Assembly: GCA_029856055.1 (NCBI GenBank)
Contig: JAHQWF010000004.1
Location: 1 to 37,646 of the forward strand
DNA from: Candidatus Njordarchaeota archaeon
Lineage (GTDB): Archaea; Asgardarchaeota; Njordarchaeia; Njordarchaeales; Njordarchaeaceae
Direction: 5' to 3'
DNA: 37,646 nt
Part shown: piece after piece, positions 8,491 through 16,461 of the stretch
Numbering within the stretch: position 1 is the first letter of the stretch
Layout of the letters: the number at the start of each line of letters is the position of its first letter
Position numbers and translations under genes: made by a program
Notes under the pieces: generated by a model
What the model was told of the DNA's origin: nothing
Database searches by the model: none
What the model saw: only the letters and a program-made list of their open reading frames with translations

Positions 8491-8931
8491 ATGGCTGTTA
8501 GTGACAGTGTACAGAAATCAGTAACTTTAAAGGAAAAAATTGTATTGACATCAGGCAAGAGGAAAAGTGCTGTAGCTAGAGCTGTGATTAAGCCTGGCAC
8601 AGGCATAATTCGAATCAATGGGAGGAGACTAGAGGCCATAGAGAATGAGTGGGTTAGAGCGATTATAAAGGAGCCCCTTCTACTTATCGGAGAGCTGAGG
8701 AATAAAATTGATATAAGAGTCAGAGTTTCTGGGGGCGGCGTCTCAGGCCAAGCCCAAGCAGCAAGAATGGCCATTGCTAGAGGAATAGTAAGGTATTTCG
8801 AAGATCCAAAGATAGAGGAACTATTTAGGCATTACGATCGCTATATGCTTGTAGGTGATCCGAGAAGGAAGGAAATGAAGAAATTCGGTGGACCAGGAGC
8901 GAGAGCTAGATTCCAGAAAAGCTACCGTTAA
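8491..8931 (+). CDS. rps9: 30S ribosomal protein uS9
   Basis: GKRKSAVARAVIKPGTGIIRINGRR, GGGVSGQAQAARMAIARGIV and the C-terminal KKFGGPGARARFQKSYR are present. The ORF opens at 8473 (TAATG overlap with the upstream gene), but the ATG at 8491 follows GGTGAT. Confidence 0.93.
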   Translation: MAVSDSVQKSVTLKEKIVLTSGKRKSAVARAVIKPGTGIIRINGRRLEAIENEWVRAIIKEPLLLIGELRNKIDIRVRVSGGGVSGQAQAARMAIARGIVRYFEDPKIEELFRHYDRYMLVGDPRRKEMKKFGGPGARARFQKSYR

Positions 8932-8941
8932 GCTTTTTTCA
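8932..8941 (+). terminator. oligo-T tract after uS9
   Basis: GCTTTTTTCA lies directly after the uS9 stop. Archaeal RNAP terminates at oligo-T tracts. Confidence 0.35.
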
Positions 8942-10243
8942 TTTCCCTTTCAACATTCTAATTGTCTTAACTTGTATAATGAATTTGTTGATCCTTTCCA
9001 AATCCTGTCTCCAGTCTCCCAAGGTAATTGTATAGTGTCCTCGATGAGATTTCTTTAGGAACTCTTCTACATCCGTATTCAGTAACTTAATCCCTATCTG
9101 GGAGGCTTCAAAACCTTCTTCGTAACTATCTAAATCCACTATTTCACCCGTCTCTACGTCAAATTCTTCCGTGACTGGATCGATTGTAAGCATAGTTATT
9201 TTTTTACCTGGTTTCATGTCAGCTCTAACTGCATATGGCAGATTAGTTATTGGATGCATAATTGCCTCTGCTACTCCATCAGCCATTGCGAGGTTGAAGC
9301 ATGAGTGAGATAAAATTATCGTGTTTCTTTCCTTATCTAATTTTGATACGTCAGCTATCCATGCCGGTTGTCCAGTTAATAATCTCAGTAAAAGCATAGC
9401 GAAAAGAGATGATAAGTCTCTTTGACATGCTATGAGAAACCCATCATTTAATAGTAAAGATACGGCTAGACATGGCGCAATATCTCTTTTTCTCATCATA
9501 TAATAGCAGTCTAGGCAGGCTAGCCCTGGGACCTCTCTTCTTGTATTTTTAGGCATCGAATTCTGTAGCATTGATTTTAAGGAGATGTATAGTGAAAGAG
9601 ATAATTTCTCATTATCGGATCCCCTATAATCTAATTTAATATAATTTTTAATTTCTTTCAAATTAACGGCTATCTCTTTATCCGACATTTTCTTCATTAT
9701 TTTCGATAATCTTGATGGTCTAATTAATCTGAAATTTGGCTGGACTTTCACACCTATAGCTGGGGCTATGAACAATACATCGTACTTGCGTAGTACTTTA
9801 TCTACGACATAGAAATCTTTGAATAACCCCTCTAAATCATATCTATCATAGATTATAGGAATGTAAATTTCTTTCGATAAGAACTGTATTATACGTTCTC
9901 TGGTATTGAGTGCGCTTGGTAGTGAGTTATATTTTGGTACAGCGAAAAGAGCAAACGGTTTTATGTTCATTAGATCCGTTAGGAACTCCAGAACGATTCT
10001 AGAAGTACCTCCTGACAAATGTATTATTAAGAAACCATCGTAGTAATCAAGTGATTTATTAACCTCTAATGTTATATCCTCCCAGTTTCTTTCATTCATA
10101 ATGTTTTCTAAAAATTCTATTTTTGTATTCTCATTGTTTCTAATCATCTTTTCTTTGATGTCCTCTTTGAGTTCAATGGCCTTGCTCTTACTCACCATCT
10201 GAGATGCAACTGGAATTGCTAGAACATTGTACTTAGTGCTCAT
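8939..10243 (-). CDS. L-fucose/L-arabinose isomerase-family-like protein
   Basis: About 434 aa from the ATG at 10243, preceded by GGTGG (ORF opens at a TTG at 10264). The N-terminal Rossmann-like part, central SHSC region and C-terminal HRGHYTITLGDWRQDLERI resemble the COG2407 isomerase family. This is assigned by pattern only. Confidence 0.5.
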   Translation of the reverse strand: MSTKYNVLAIPVASQMVSKSKAIELKEDIKEKMIRNNENTKIEFLENIMNERNWEDITLEVNKSLDYYDGFLIIHLSGGTSRIVLEFLTDLMNIKPFALFAVPKYNSLPSALNTRERIIQFLSKEIYIPIIYDRYDLEGLFKDFYVVDKVLRKYDVLFIAPAIGVKVQPNFRLIRPSRLSKIMKKMSDKEIAVNLKEIKNYIKLDYRGSDNEKLSLSLYISLKSMLQNSMPKNTRREVPGLACLDCYYMMRKRDIAPCLAVSLLLNDGFLIACQRDLSSLFAMLLLRLLTGQPAWIADVSKLDKERNTIILSHSCFNLAMADGVAEAIMHPITNLPYAVRADMKPGKKITMLTIDPVTEEFDVETGEIVDLDSYEEGFEASQIGIKLLNTDVEEFLKKSHRGHYTITLGDWRQDLERINKFIIQVKTIRMLKGK

Positions 10244-10260
10244 GAAAAAACCACCGTTCC

Positions 10261-10536
10261 TCAATCTTCACCAACTGACAGATATTTCTTTTCTTTACTC
10301 ATTCTTTCTACGATTCTTTCACGAGGATTAACTGAATCAACATGAATTAATCCATCTATCTCCAACTGCATTAAAATTCTGTTTATGACTGTGGATGATG
10401 CCTCTCCATAAATCTTTTTAAGTTCATTCTTTAGTTCCCTCTCGGATATCCTTCCATCGCTTTTTTCCAGTATTTCTAGAATAGCTAATCTCATCGGTTT
10501 AGCAAACCAAACATAGATGCCAGATCGCTTATTCAT
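10261..10536 (-). CDS. winged helix-turn-helix transcriptional regulator (ArsR/MarR-like)
   Basis: 91 aa. PMRLAILEILEKSDGRISERELKNEL...STVINRILMQLEIDGLIHV is a typical wHTH. It sits directly upstream of the isomerase-like gene on the same strand. Confidence 0.65.
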   Translation of the reverse strand: MNKRSGIYVWFAKPMRLAILEILEKSDGRISERELKNELKKIYGEASSTVINRILMQLEIDGLIHVDSVNPRERIVERMSKEKKYLSVGED

Positions 10537-10648
10537 TACTTATCCCCCGGAAAACAATAAATGAATCACCATAATTTTTAATCTATGCAATTGTAATATT
10601 TATTTTCGCTTTTAAATGTGGTTACGTTAAGTCGCATGGTGCTGTGAC

Positions 10649-11053
10649 ATGATTAGCGATTTAACAGGTAAAAAAGTTTATTTAGAGACAGGTGATTTTG
10701 TAGGCGTTATAAATGAAATTTTTGTTGATGAATTAGGTTATACTGTCGCCATAATAAAAACTGAGTACTCTGAGATGCCCGAGATTAGAGTTAACGTTAT
10801 TACATTGAGGAAAATAAAGCGGGATGAAGAAGAATGCTATATAATGAAATCTCCTCCACTAAAATTAGTGGAGGTGATTAAGGAGAAGAAAAGAGAGGAG
10901 GAGATAAGGCGATTAGAGCGAGAATTAGCTCAAAAAGAAGTTATTGAAGAGGAAGTGAAGGAAGAAGTGCCAGCTGAGGAAGCTCGTGAAGGATTTCTCA
11001 GAAGATTAATTAATAAAATAATGAATGTAATTAGGAAGATTCTTGGCAAATGA
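10649..11053 (+). CDS. PRC-barrel protein with charged coiled coil and C-terminal amphipathic helix (CdvA/CdpB-like)
   Basis: The N-terminus ISDLTGKKVYLETGDFVGVINEIFVDELGYTVAIIKTE fits the PRC-barrel pattern. It is followed by a K/E-rich helix (EKKREEEIRRLERELAQKEVIEEEVKEE) and a basic amphipathic tail (GFLRRLINKIMNVIRKILGK). Confidence 0.6.
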   Translation: MISDLTGKKVYLETGDFVGVINEIFVDELGYTVAIIKTEYSEMPEIRVNVITLRKIKRDEEECYIMKSPPLKLVEVIKEKKREEEIRRLERELAQKEVIEEEVKEEVPAEEAREGFLRRLINKIMNVIRKILGK

Positions 11054-11070
11054 TCTTTAACCAAATATTT

Positions 11071-11532
11071 TCATATGTTCTCTACTATTGCTACCAACGC
11101 ACTTAGTATCGATGAAAAAACAGCTAGAACTGGACCGCCGAGAATCTCTATTTGTGCTGTATAGTCATGACCATATTGAGATTTTAATTGTAAAAGCGTT
11201 GAGTTAACTAAGTCTGGTAAAAACATCACTACGTATCCTATAAAGAATATTATCGACACTAGCACAAGCATTGAAGAGAAAAAAACATACTTCTCCTCCT
11301 TCTTTTTAATGCCTTTAATCGTTAAGTAAAATGCGAGGGTAATTATTATAATCATAGGTAATCCTAGCTCCAATATTGATTCCCAGAAGACTAGTGGTCG
11401 ATAAACATAATTTAATTCAACTACTGCTGGATTATCTGATCTATGGATAATTATTCGTAGCCACGGTGATAGTATAGATAGCAAAAGCGTTATGATGCTT
11501 AAAACTGCAAAAACGACGGATAACTTCTTCAT
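11071..11532 (-). CDS. integral membrane protein (about 4 TM), unknown family
   Basis: 153 aa with four hydrophobic helices, 17 nt downstream of argF on the same strand. Confidence 0.5.
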   Translation of the reverse strand: MKKLSVVFAVLSIITLLLSILSPWLRIIIHRSDNPAVVELNYVYRPLVFWESILELGLPMIIIITLAFYLTIKGIKKKEEKYVFFSSMLVLVSIIFFIGYVVMFLPDLVNSTLLQLKSQYGHDYTAQIEILGGPVLAVFSSILSALVAIVENI

Positions 11533-11549
11533 TTGGTAGCCCTCACATA

Positions 11550-12482
11550 TTAATCTCTACGTAATAATGAATACAAAACTGCTTTAGCTGAATGCAACCT
11601 ATTTTCCGCTTGATCCCAAACGACGCTATGTTTTGATTCAAAGACATCATCAGTAACCTCGTCATGCCTAGGGAGGCAATGCATAAAAATAAAGTCTGGA
11701 GCCGCATGCTTGACTAGCTCCCAAGTAACTCTAAATGGCTCAAAAAGCTTGATTCTCTCCTCCGCCTCCTTCTCAAATCCCATAGATACCCAGACATCTG
11801 TATAGATGACATCAACGTCTTTTACGGCCTCTATTGGGTTATCTGTCACAATAATCTTACTCCCGCTCTTATTCGCTATTTTTCTCGCCTCCTCTATGAC
11901 TTCTCTATTCGGCTGGTATCTCTTAGGCGCCCCTATCCTGATCTCTAGCCCAATGATAGCTGACCCAAATAACAATGAATGCGCAACATTATTGTCTCCA
12001 TCGCCAACAAACGCAATCTTTGCTTCTTCTAATCCCTTCTTCTCTTTTATCGTTAATAGGTCTCCTAGGATTTGTAATGGATGAGAAAAATCGCTTAAAG
12101 CGTTAACTACAGGTATTTTTGCGTATTTAGCTATCTCCTCTAGTGTTGTATGCTTATATACTCTCGCCACAATTATATCTACGTATCTTTCCATTACTTT
12201 AGCGAAATCTTTAATTGGTTCTCCTCTAGATATTTGAGTCGTCGTAACATCCATATACATTGGATGCATTCCTAAATGGTAACATGCGACCTCTAATGAA
12301 GATCTAGTTCTTGTGCTAGGTTTCTCAAAGAAGAGCGCTGCTACTTTACCGCGTAGATATGAGTGTTCTTCGTTTCTTCTCATTTTTTCTTTAAATTCTG
12401 CGGAGAGATCTATTAGATAGCTCACCTCCTCGCGAGAGAAATCCTTTAAACACAAAAAGTCTTTACCATGTAGGTTAACCAT
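11550..12482 (-). CDS. argF: ornithine carbamoyltransferase
   Basis: 310 aa with STRTRSS (carbamoyl-phosphate site), HPLQILGDL, DVWVSMG and the OTCase-type HCLP motif. Confidence 0.9.
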   Translation of the reverse strand: MVNLHGKDFLCLKDFSREEVSYLIDLSAEFKEKMRRNEEHSYLRGKVAALFFEKPSTRTRSSLEVACYHLGMHPMYMDVTTTQISRGEPIKDFAKVMERYVDIIVARVYKHTTLEEIAKYAKIPVVNALSDFSHPLQILGDLLTIKEKKGLEEAKIAFVGDGDNNVAHSLLFGSAIIGLEIRIGAPKRYQPNREVIEEARKIANKSGSKIIVTDNPIEAVKDVDVIYTDVWVSMGFEKEAEERIKLFEPFRVTWELVKHAAPDFIFMHCLPRHDEVTDDVFESKHSVVWDQAENRLHSAKAVLYSLLRRD

Positions 12483-12683
12483 TTTTACCCCCTTTAGAGA
12501 TATATCCTTGTGGATAAATAGAACTACCTTTTTTCTTTATTGATTTCCCAGTATTAAAAATCCTACTATTTATGCGTTTGAGGCAAAGAAATACGTATTT
12601 AGTTTTAACAACATATTATAGCCTTCATCTATAAGATAGAAAATAAATTAGAAAAAATAATGAATTTAGTTTCTTTAACACAT

Positions 12684-14576
12684 CTAGTCTACTATTTTCA
12701 GTAAGTCAGCCACTCTATGACCTGGTTTTCCTTTCACGGTATATCTTATTACATATTCTGATTTAGGAGAAATCTCGCTTATTAACCATTTAACCTCAAG
12801 ACCCTCAACAATCTCCTCTATTGACTCTGGTCTCGGCTCCGATTGCTCTGGGATAAATTCGAATGTTTGAGGCAAATGCTCAATAAACTCATAGTTTTGA
12901 GCTGGTAGATCTCCCTCATTCCTCAAAGTAACAACAACTACGTATTCATTTTCAACAGTTCCTGGCTGTACCTCCTTGCTCTTAACAATCTTCCTTAGCG
13001 CTTCAAGTGTTTCAAGCTTGGGTACTTTTTTCAGCTCGATTTGCAATGGTCGGGTATCTGCAGACATGTAAAGATGTGCTTCCGCCGGGAATTCATAGGT
13101 AACTCCTGGTTTCGGATCGACCGAGGTCATCCTGTATTTGACGTTAACGTACTCTCCTCTTAGGAGTGGTTCATCAAGATTATATGCTATTCCAAAGATC
13201 TCTATCTTTAGATCATGTTTAACGGATGGATCAGTGTTTGCTGGATCAGTCGTTATCTTAATCATTTCAGGAGGTACAGTTATGTCGCTTCCGCCTTTGT
13301 TTATTGATACCACTACGTCAACAAGTCTTGGTGGTTTAAAATCTGCAGGTATAGTGTCTTTTATTGTTAATTGATCAATTGTCGCGCTCCCTAAGTTATC
13401 TACCTTTATTTCAACCTCAACCGGTTCTTCTAGATGGCCCACAAGTTGTTTACTTGTCATTCCCTTTATATAGAGCGGATGCCTCACATTTACCTCCTTG
13501 GTTATACGACCCCATATTACGGGGATTTCGATATCCTCGACAGTGAAGTTACCAGAAGTTCTTCTTATAACTGTGGGAATAATCCACATCTTTAGTGATG
13601 TTTGTACTTTTGGCTCCTCTTCCGATTGTAGCGTGAATGGCCCTATTTTCGTTGTTTCATTAGGTCCAACTACTACTGGTGCCATTATAATTGTGTCGTA
13701 ATCCCGCTTTCCCGGTATCTTCCACTCAATAGAACCTCTTATGCTGGCGCCACCCTCCTCAGGAGTTAGAACCTTACCTTCAACTATAGCTACTTCTGCG
13801 ATAACTTTTATAGGCGCTTTACTCATGTTCTCAACTATGACATAATTGTCCCAGATCCCTCTTTGCTCTGATCTCTCGTTTTTATCTACATAGTGTCTAA
13901 CATTTATTAAACCCCTTACCTCCTCGACATTTAAACCGCTTACTGTAAATCCTTCACCGAAGTATCTGTAAACAACAACCCCCGATCTGAACGCATCTTC
14001 TTTCTCTGCCCTAATTACACCATCTAGATCAATTGTATCGTGACCTTTAGCCCCAGATCTGAAGTTCCTGAGAACTATCTGACCCCCTTCCGTTGTTATT
14101 GTTCCTGTTGTTAATGGCGGTATTTCTCTGACAATTATCTGCTCTGGGAGTTTCTTCTCGAAATCAACGCTGAAATCTGTTGACGTATTATTCTTTATGG
14201 AGTATCTGAACTTTATATTGATTTCCTGGTTCATCAGTGCTACGGGTTTAGCGAAATCTTCTGGAAATATTATTTGCTCTAACACTTCTAGTGCTCGCGG
14301 CATGTCTCTTACATTATACCGTATCGTCTTTTGTTGGCTACCCATTTCACCAGCTGGTACCATTCCGACATGGATAAATTTCTCGAGATCCGTCTTTTCC
14401 ACGTTAGATAGAACTAGCTCAAGGTCATATATGGGGGTACCTGTATTATTTATTACTATAATTTCACCTGTATTCTTGAGCTCTTTTTCTTTACCATCAT
14501 TTGATATTACACCTTCTTGCTTCTCATGCAAAACTATAACTAGTCCCTCTTTCTCTAAGGCGCCTTCATATTGCAT
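12684..14576 (-). CDS. large signal-less protein built from about five CARDB/DUF11-like beta-sandwich modules
   Basis: 630 aa with no N-terminal hydrophobic segment (MQYEGALEKEG...). Repeated beta-sandwich signatures are present, e.g. GEIIVINNTGTPIYDLELVLS, VEVEIKVDNLGSATIDQLTIKDTIPADF and YVVVVTLRNEGDLPAQNYEFIEHLPQTFEFI...VKWLISEISPKSEYVIRYTV. Confidence 0.6.
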   Translation of the reverse strand: MQYEGALEKEGLVIVLHEKQEGVISNDGKEKELKNTGEIIVINNTGTPIYDLELVLSNVEKTDLEKFIHVGMVPAGEMGSQQKTIRYNVRDMPRALEVLEQIIFPEDFAKPVALMNQEINIKFRYSIKNNTSTDFSVDFEKKLPEQIIVREIPPLTTGTITTEGGQIVLRNFRSGAKGHDTIDLDGVIRAEKEDAFRSGVVVYRYFGEGFTVSGLNVEEVRGLINVRHYVDKNERSEQRGIWDNYVIVENMSKAPIKVIAEVAIVEGKVLTPEEGGASIRGSIEWKIPGKRDYDTIIMAPVVVGPNETTKIGPFTLQSEEEPKVQTSLKMWIIPTVIRRTSGNFTVEDIEIPVIWGRITKEVNVRHPLYIKGMTSKQLVGHLEEPVEVEIKVDNLGSATIDQLTIKDTIPADFKPPRLVDVVVSINKGGSDITVPPEMIKITTDPANTDPSVKHDLKIEIFGIAYNLDEPLLRGEYVNVKYRMTSVDPKPGVTYEFPAEAHLYMSADTRPLQIELKKVPKLETLEALRKIVKSKEVQPGTVENEYVVVVTLRNEGDLPAQNYEFIEHLPQTFEFIPEQSEPRPESIEEIVEGLEVKWLISEISPKSEYVIRYTVKGKPGHRVADLLKIVD

Positions 14577-14597
14577 ATTTAATCAGCTCTAACTAAG

Positions 14598-14611
14598 TTT
14601 TATTTAAATAC
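14598..14611 (-). promoter_or_regulatory. TATA box for the 630-aa gene (near-leaderless transcript)
   Basis: The minus strand reads GTATTTAAATAAAA, centred about 29 nt upstream of the ATG at 14576. This spacing is typical of archaeal leaderless or short-leader mRNAs. Confidence 0.4.
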
Positions 14612-14710
14612 ATAATAGAAAAAATGCATCTTATGATATTTCAAATAATTAGCTTAAAAAGTTTCTATTTATGAATAAACTCATACTGTTAAATAGAATT
14701 TATTAAAAGA

Positions 14711-15046
14711 TTACTTAGATGATATCCGAGAGGAGATAACACTTGTAAATAATAATAGAAGAAAAATAAAGATATATTCTGGTAACGTTTTCCTAATTCT
14801 TAGAATTACATCATTTATGTTGATGCTACTAAATAGCACATTTATGGGATTAACGAAAACGCTAATCGTAATTAACAGTATCATAAAAATAATTATCTGT
14901 TCGAGCACTTCGCCAGCGCCCTCAGAAGTGAACCCTATTAATGATCCAGCTATAATTATCACTATTAATGCTGTTATTTCCTCAACAGTTATTGTGATTC
15001 GATTTCCGCTAATAAGAAGAAGAACGTCGTCGATCTGAGAAACCAA
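14711..15046 (-). CDS. membrane protein; open frame continues upstream to the TPR gene stop at 15188
   Basis: The ORF track begins at a TTG at 15046. The 47 codons upstream (15047-15187) are stop-free, lack ATG/GTG/TTG, and encode a TM-like segment (AINAIFIFWISYIVYVIIDQIFSII). They are in the same frame as the TPR gene. Confidence 0.5.
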   Translation of the reverse strand: MVSQIDDVLLLISGNRITITVEEITALIVIIIAGSLIGFTSEGAGEVLEQIIIFMILLITISVFVNPINVLFSSININDVILRIRKTLPEYIFIFLLLLFTSVISSRISSK

Positions 15047-15187
15047 TTTATATGCGAAAGAGAAGAAATCTGTTAGAGATAGAAATTTCAGGGTGATTAT
15101 AGAGAAAATCTGATCTATAATTACATAAACTATGTAAGATATCCAAAAAATGAATATAGCGTTAATTGCGTTTCTTCCCAGAGATAT

Positions 15188-16348
15188 TCAAATCCCCCTC
15201 TTCTCAGACATCTTTCTGGCTAAGTTAAGGTAAAATGAATAACCATCGTTCATCGGATCTAATTTAATTGCCCTAAGTATTGCTTCAATTCCATCTAAAG
15301 CCTTACCTCTAGCTATTTTCGCTAAACCAAGATTAAACCATACCCGCGGATCATCACGCCTCCATTCAAGTATTGCCTTGAACGCTTGTTCTGCAGCCCT
15401 CCATTCTTCACTATTTAGTAGTATTAGTGCCCTAATATACCAGCAGAGGTAGCAATCTGCTTTAATTTTTAATGCTTCATTTATTTTCTCTAGCGCTTTT
15501 TCATATTCCCCCGATACCAAATATATAACACTTAGATTAGCGAGAGGAATAAATTGTTTTGATTTCTCTTTTGTGAGCTTTAAAATCTCTAGGAATTCTC
15601 TATAAGCTCCATTTAAGTCTCCTAAAATATACTTTATTTTACCTCTCAGTAACATTACTTCGAAATTGCTTGATTCTTCCTGAGTTTTTTTCAAGAATTC
15701 TTTTGCTTCTTTGAACCTATTAATTGAAGCAGCTATTATAGCTAATACACCCTTTATCAATAGGTTTGTTGGCGATCTCTCAGTTTGTTTTAACATAGCT
15801 CTATACATCACTTCCCTTACTTTTGCATCAACTGGAAAAATATATTCGCTTTTCTTGGGGAATAACAGTATTCTCTGTATTTTAGTGATTTCCTCTTCAT
15901 CCATCGAAAAGAATTTTGCTAGGTCTAGCTCTACATTTGGAATATACTCCCAGTCTGGAGGTAGGATGAATAATTCTTCATACATCTGTTCTCTCAATAA
16001 ATTGATAGCTTCTTCTATCTCGTTTGATAGTATTTTAATTAATATGTTTAACACAAACATGCTTCTCCCAATCTTGTAGCGTGACCTCTCAATAGCTACT
16101 TTCTTCCTTTCGAAGAACTCATCTAATATTTTTTTAGCCTCAGATATCTTTCCCCGTCTTAGAAGGGTTAAAACTAGGTTATATAATATTAATTGACTAT
16201 CGGGAAACTTCTTGTAAATATCCATATAGATCCTTTCAGCTTGCTCTAAGTTACCATCAATGAAACTGAGGTAACCTCTTATTAAGCTTTCCTTTATATT
16301 TCTCGCCTCTGAAGCCTTCTTGCTACTAGGTTTACTAGACATTTTCAT
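15188..16348 (-). CDS. TPR-repeat protein
   Basis: 386 aa with several 34-residue TPR-like units (e.g. GNLEQAERIYMDIYKKFPDS, GEYEKALEKINEALKIKADCYLCWYIRALILL, WRAAEQAFKAILEWRRDDPRVWFNLGLAKIARGK). Confidence 0.75.
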   Translation of the reverse strand: MKMSSKPSSKKASEARNIKESLIRGYLSFIDGNLEQAERIYMDIYKKFPDSQLILYNLVLTLLRRGKISEAKKILDEFFERKKVAIERSRYKIGRSMFVLNILIKILSNEIEEAINLLREQMYEELFILPPDWEYIPNVELDLAKFFSMDEEEITKIQRILLFPKKSEYIFPVDAKVREVMYRAMLKQTERSPTNLLIKGVLAIIAASINRFKEAKEFLKKTQEESSNFEVMLLRGKIKYILGDLNGAYREFLEILKLTKEKSKQFIPLANLSVIYLVSGEYEKALEKINEALKIKADCYLCWYIRALILLNSEEWRAAEQAFKAILEWRRDDPRVWFNLGLAKIARGKALDGIEAILRAIKLDPMNDGYSFYLNLARKMSEKRGI

Positions 16349-16461
16349 TACCTTCGTTCATATAGATCCTTATTCTAACACATAAATTCGGATAACAAAC
16401 AAAATTTAAAACATTCACAATGTATTTGATAAAGTTGTATCTCTTAATACTTGGTGCCTAA

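Noticed and set aside
13138-14592. Plus-strand ORFs lie inside the 630-aa gene (13138-13374, 13364-13546, 13498-13701, 14197-14592).
   Set aside because: They are shadow ORFs antisense to a long, coherent beta-sandwich coding frame, with no start context and no motifs.
15188-15190. I considered the in-frame TGA to be a selenocysteine codon.
   Set aside because: I could not recognise a SECIS-like GC-rich hairpin in the downstream or 3' region. Nothing in the window suggests Sec machinery, and the flanking residues are not a redox motif. Read-through, a non-canonical start or a mutation are more plausible.
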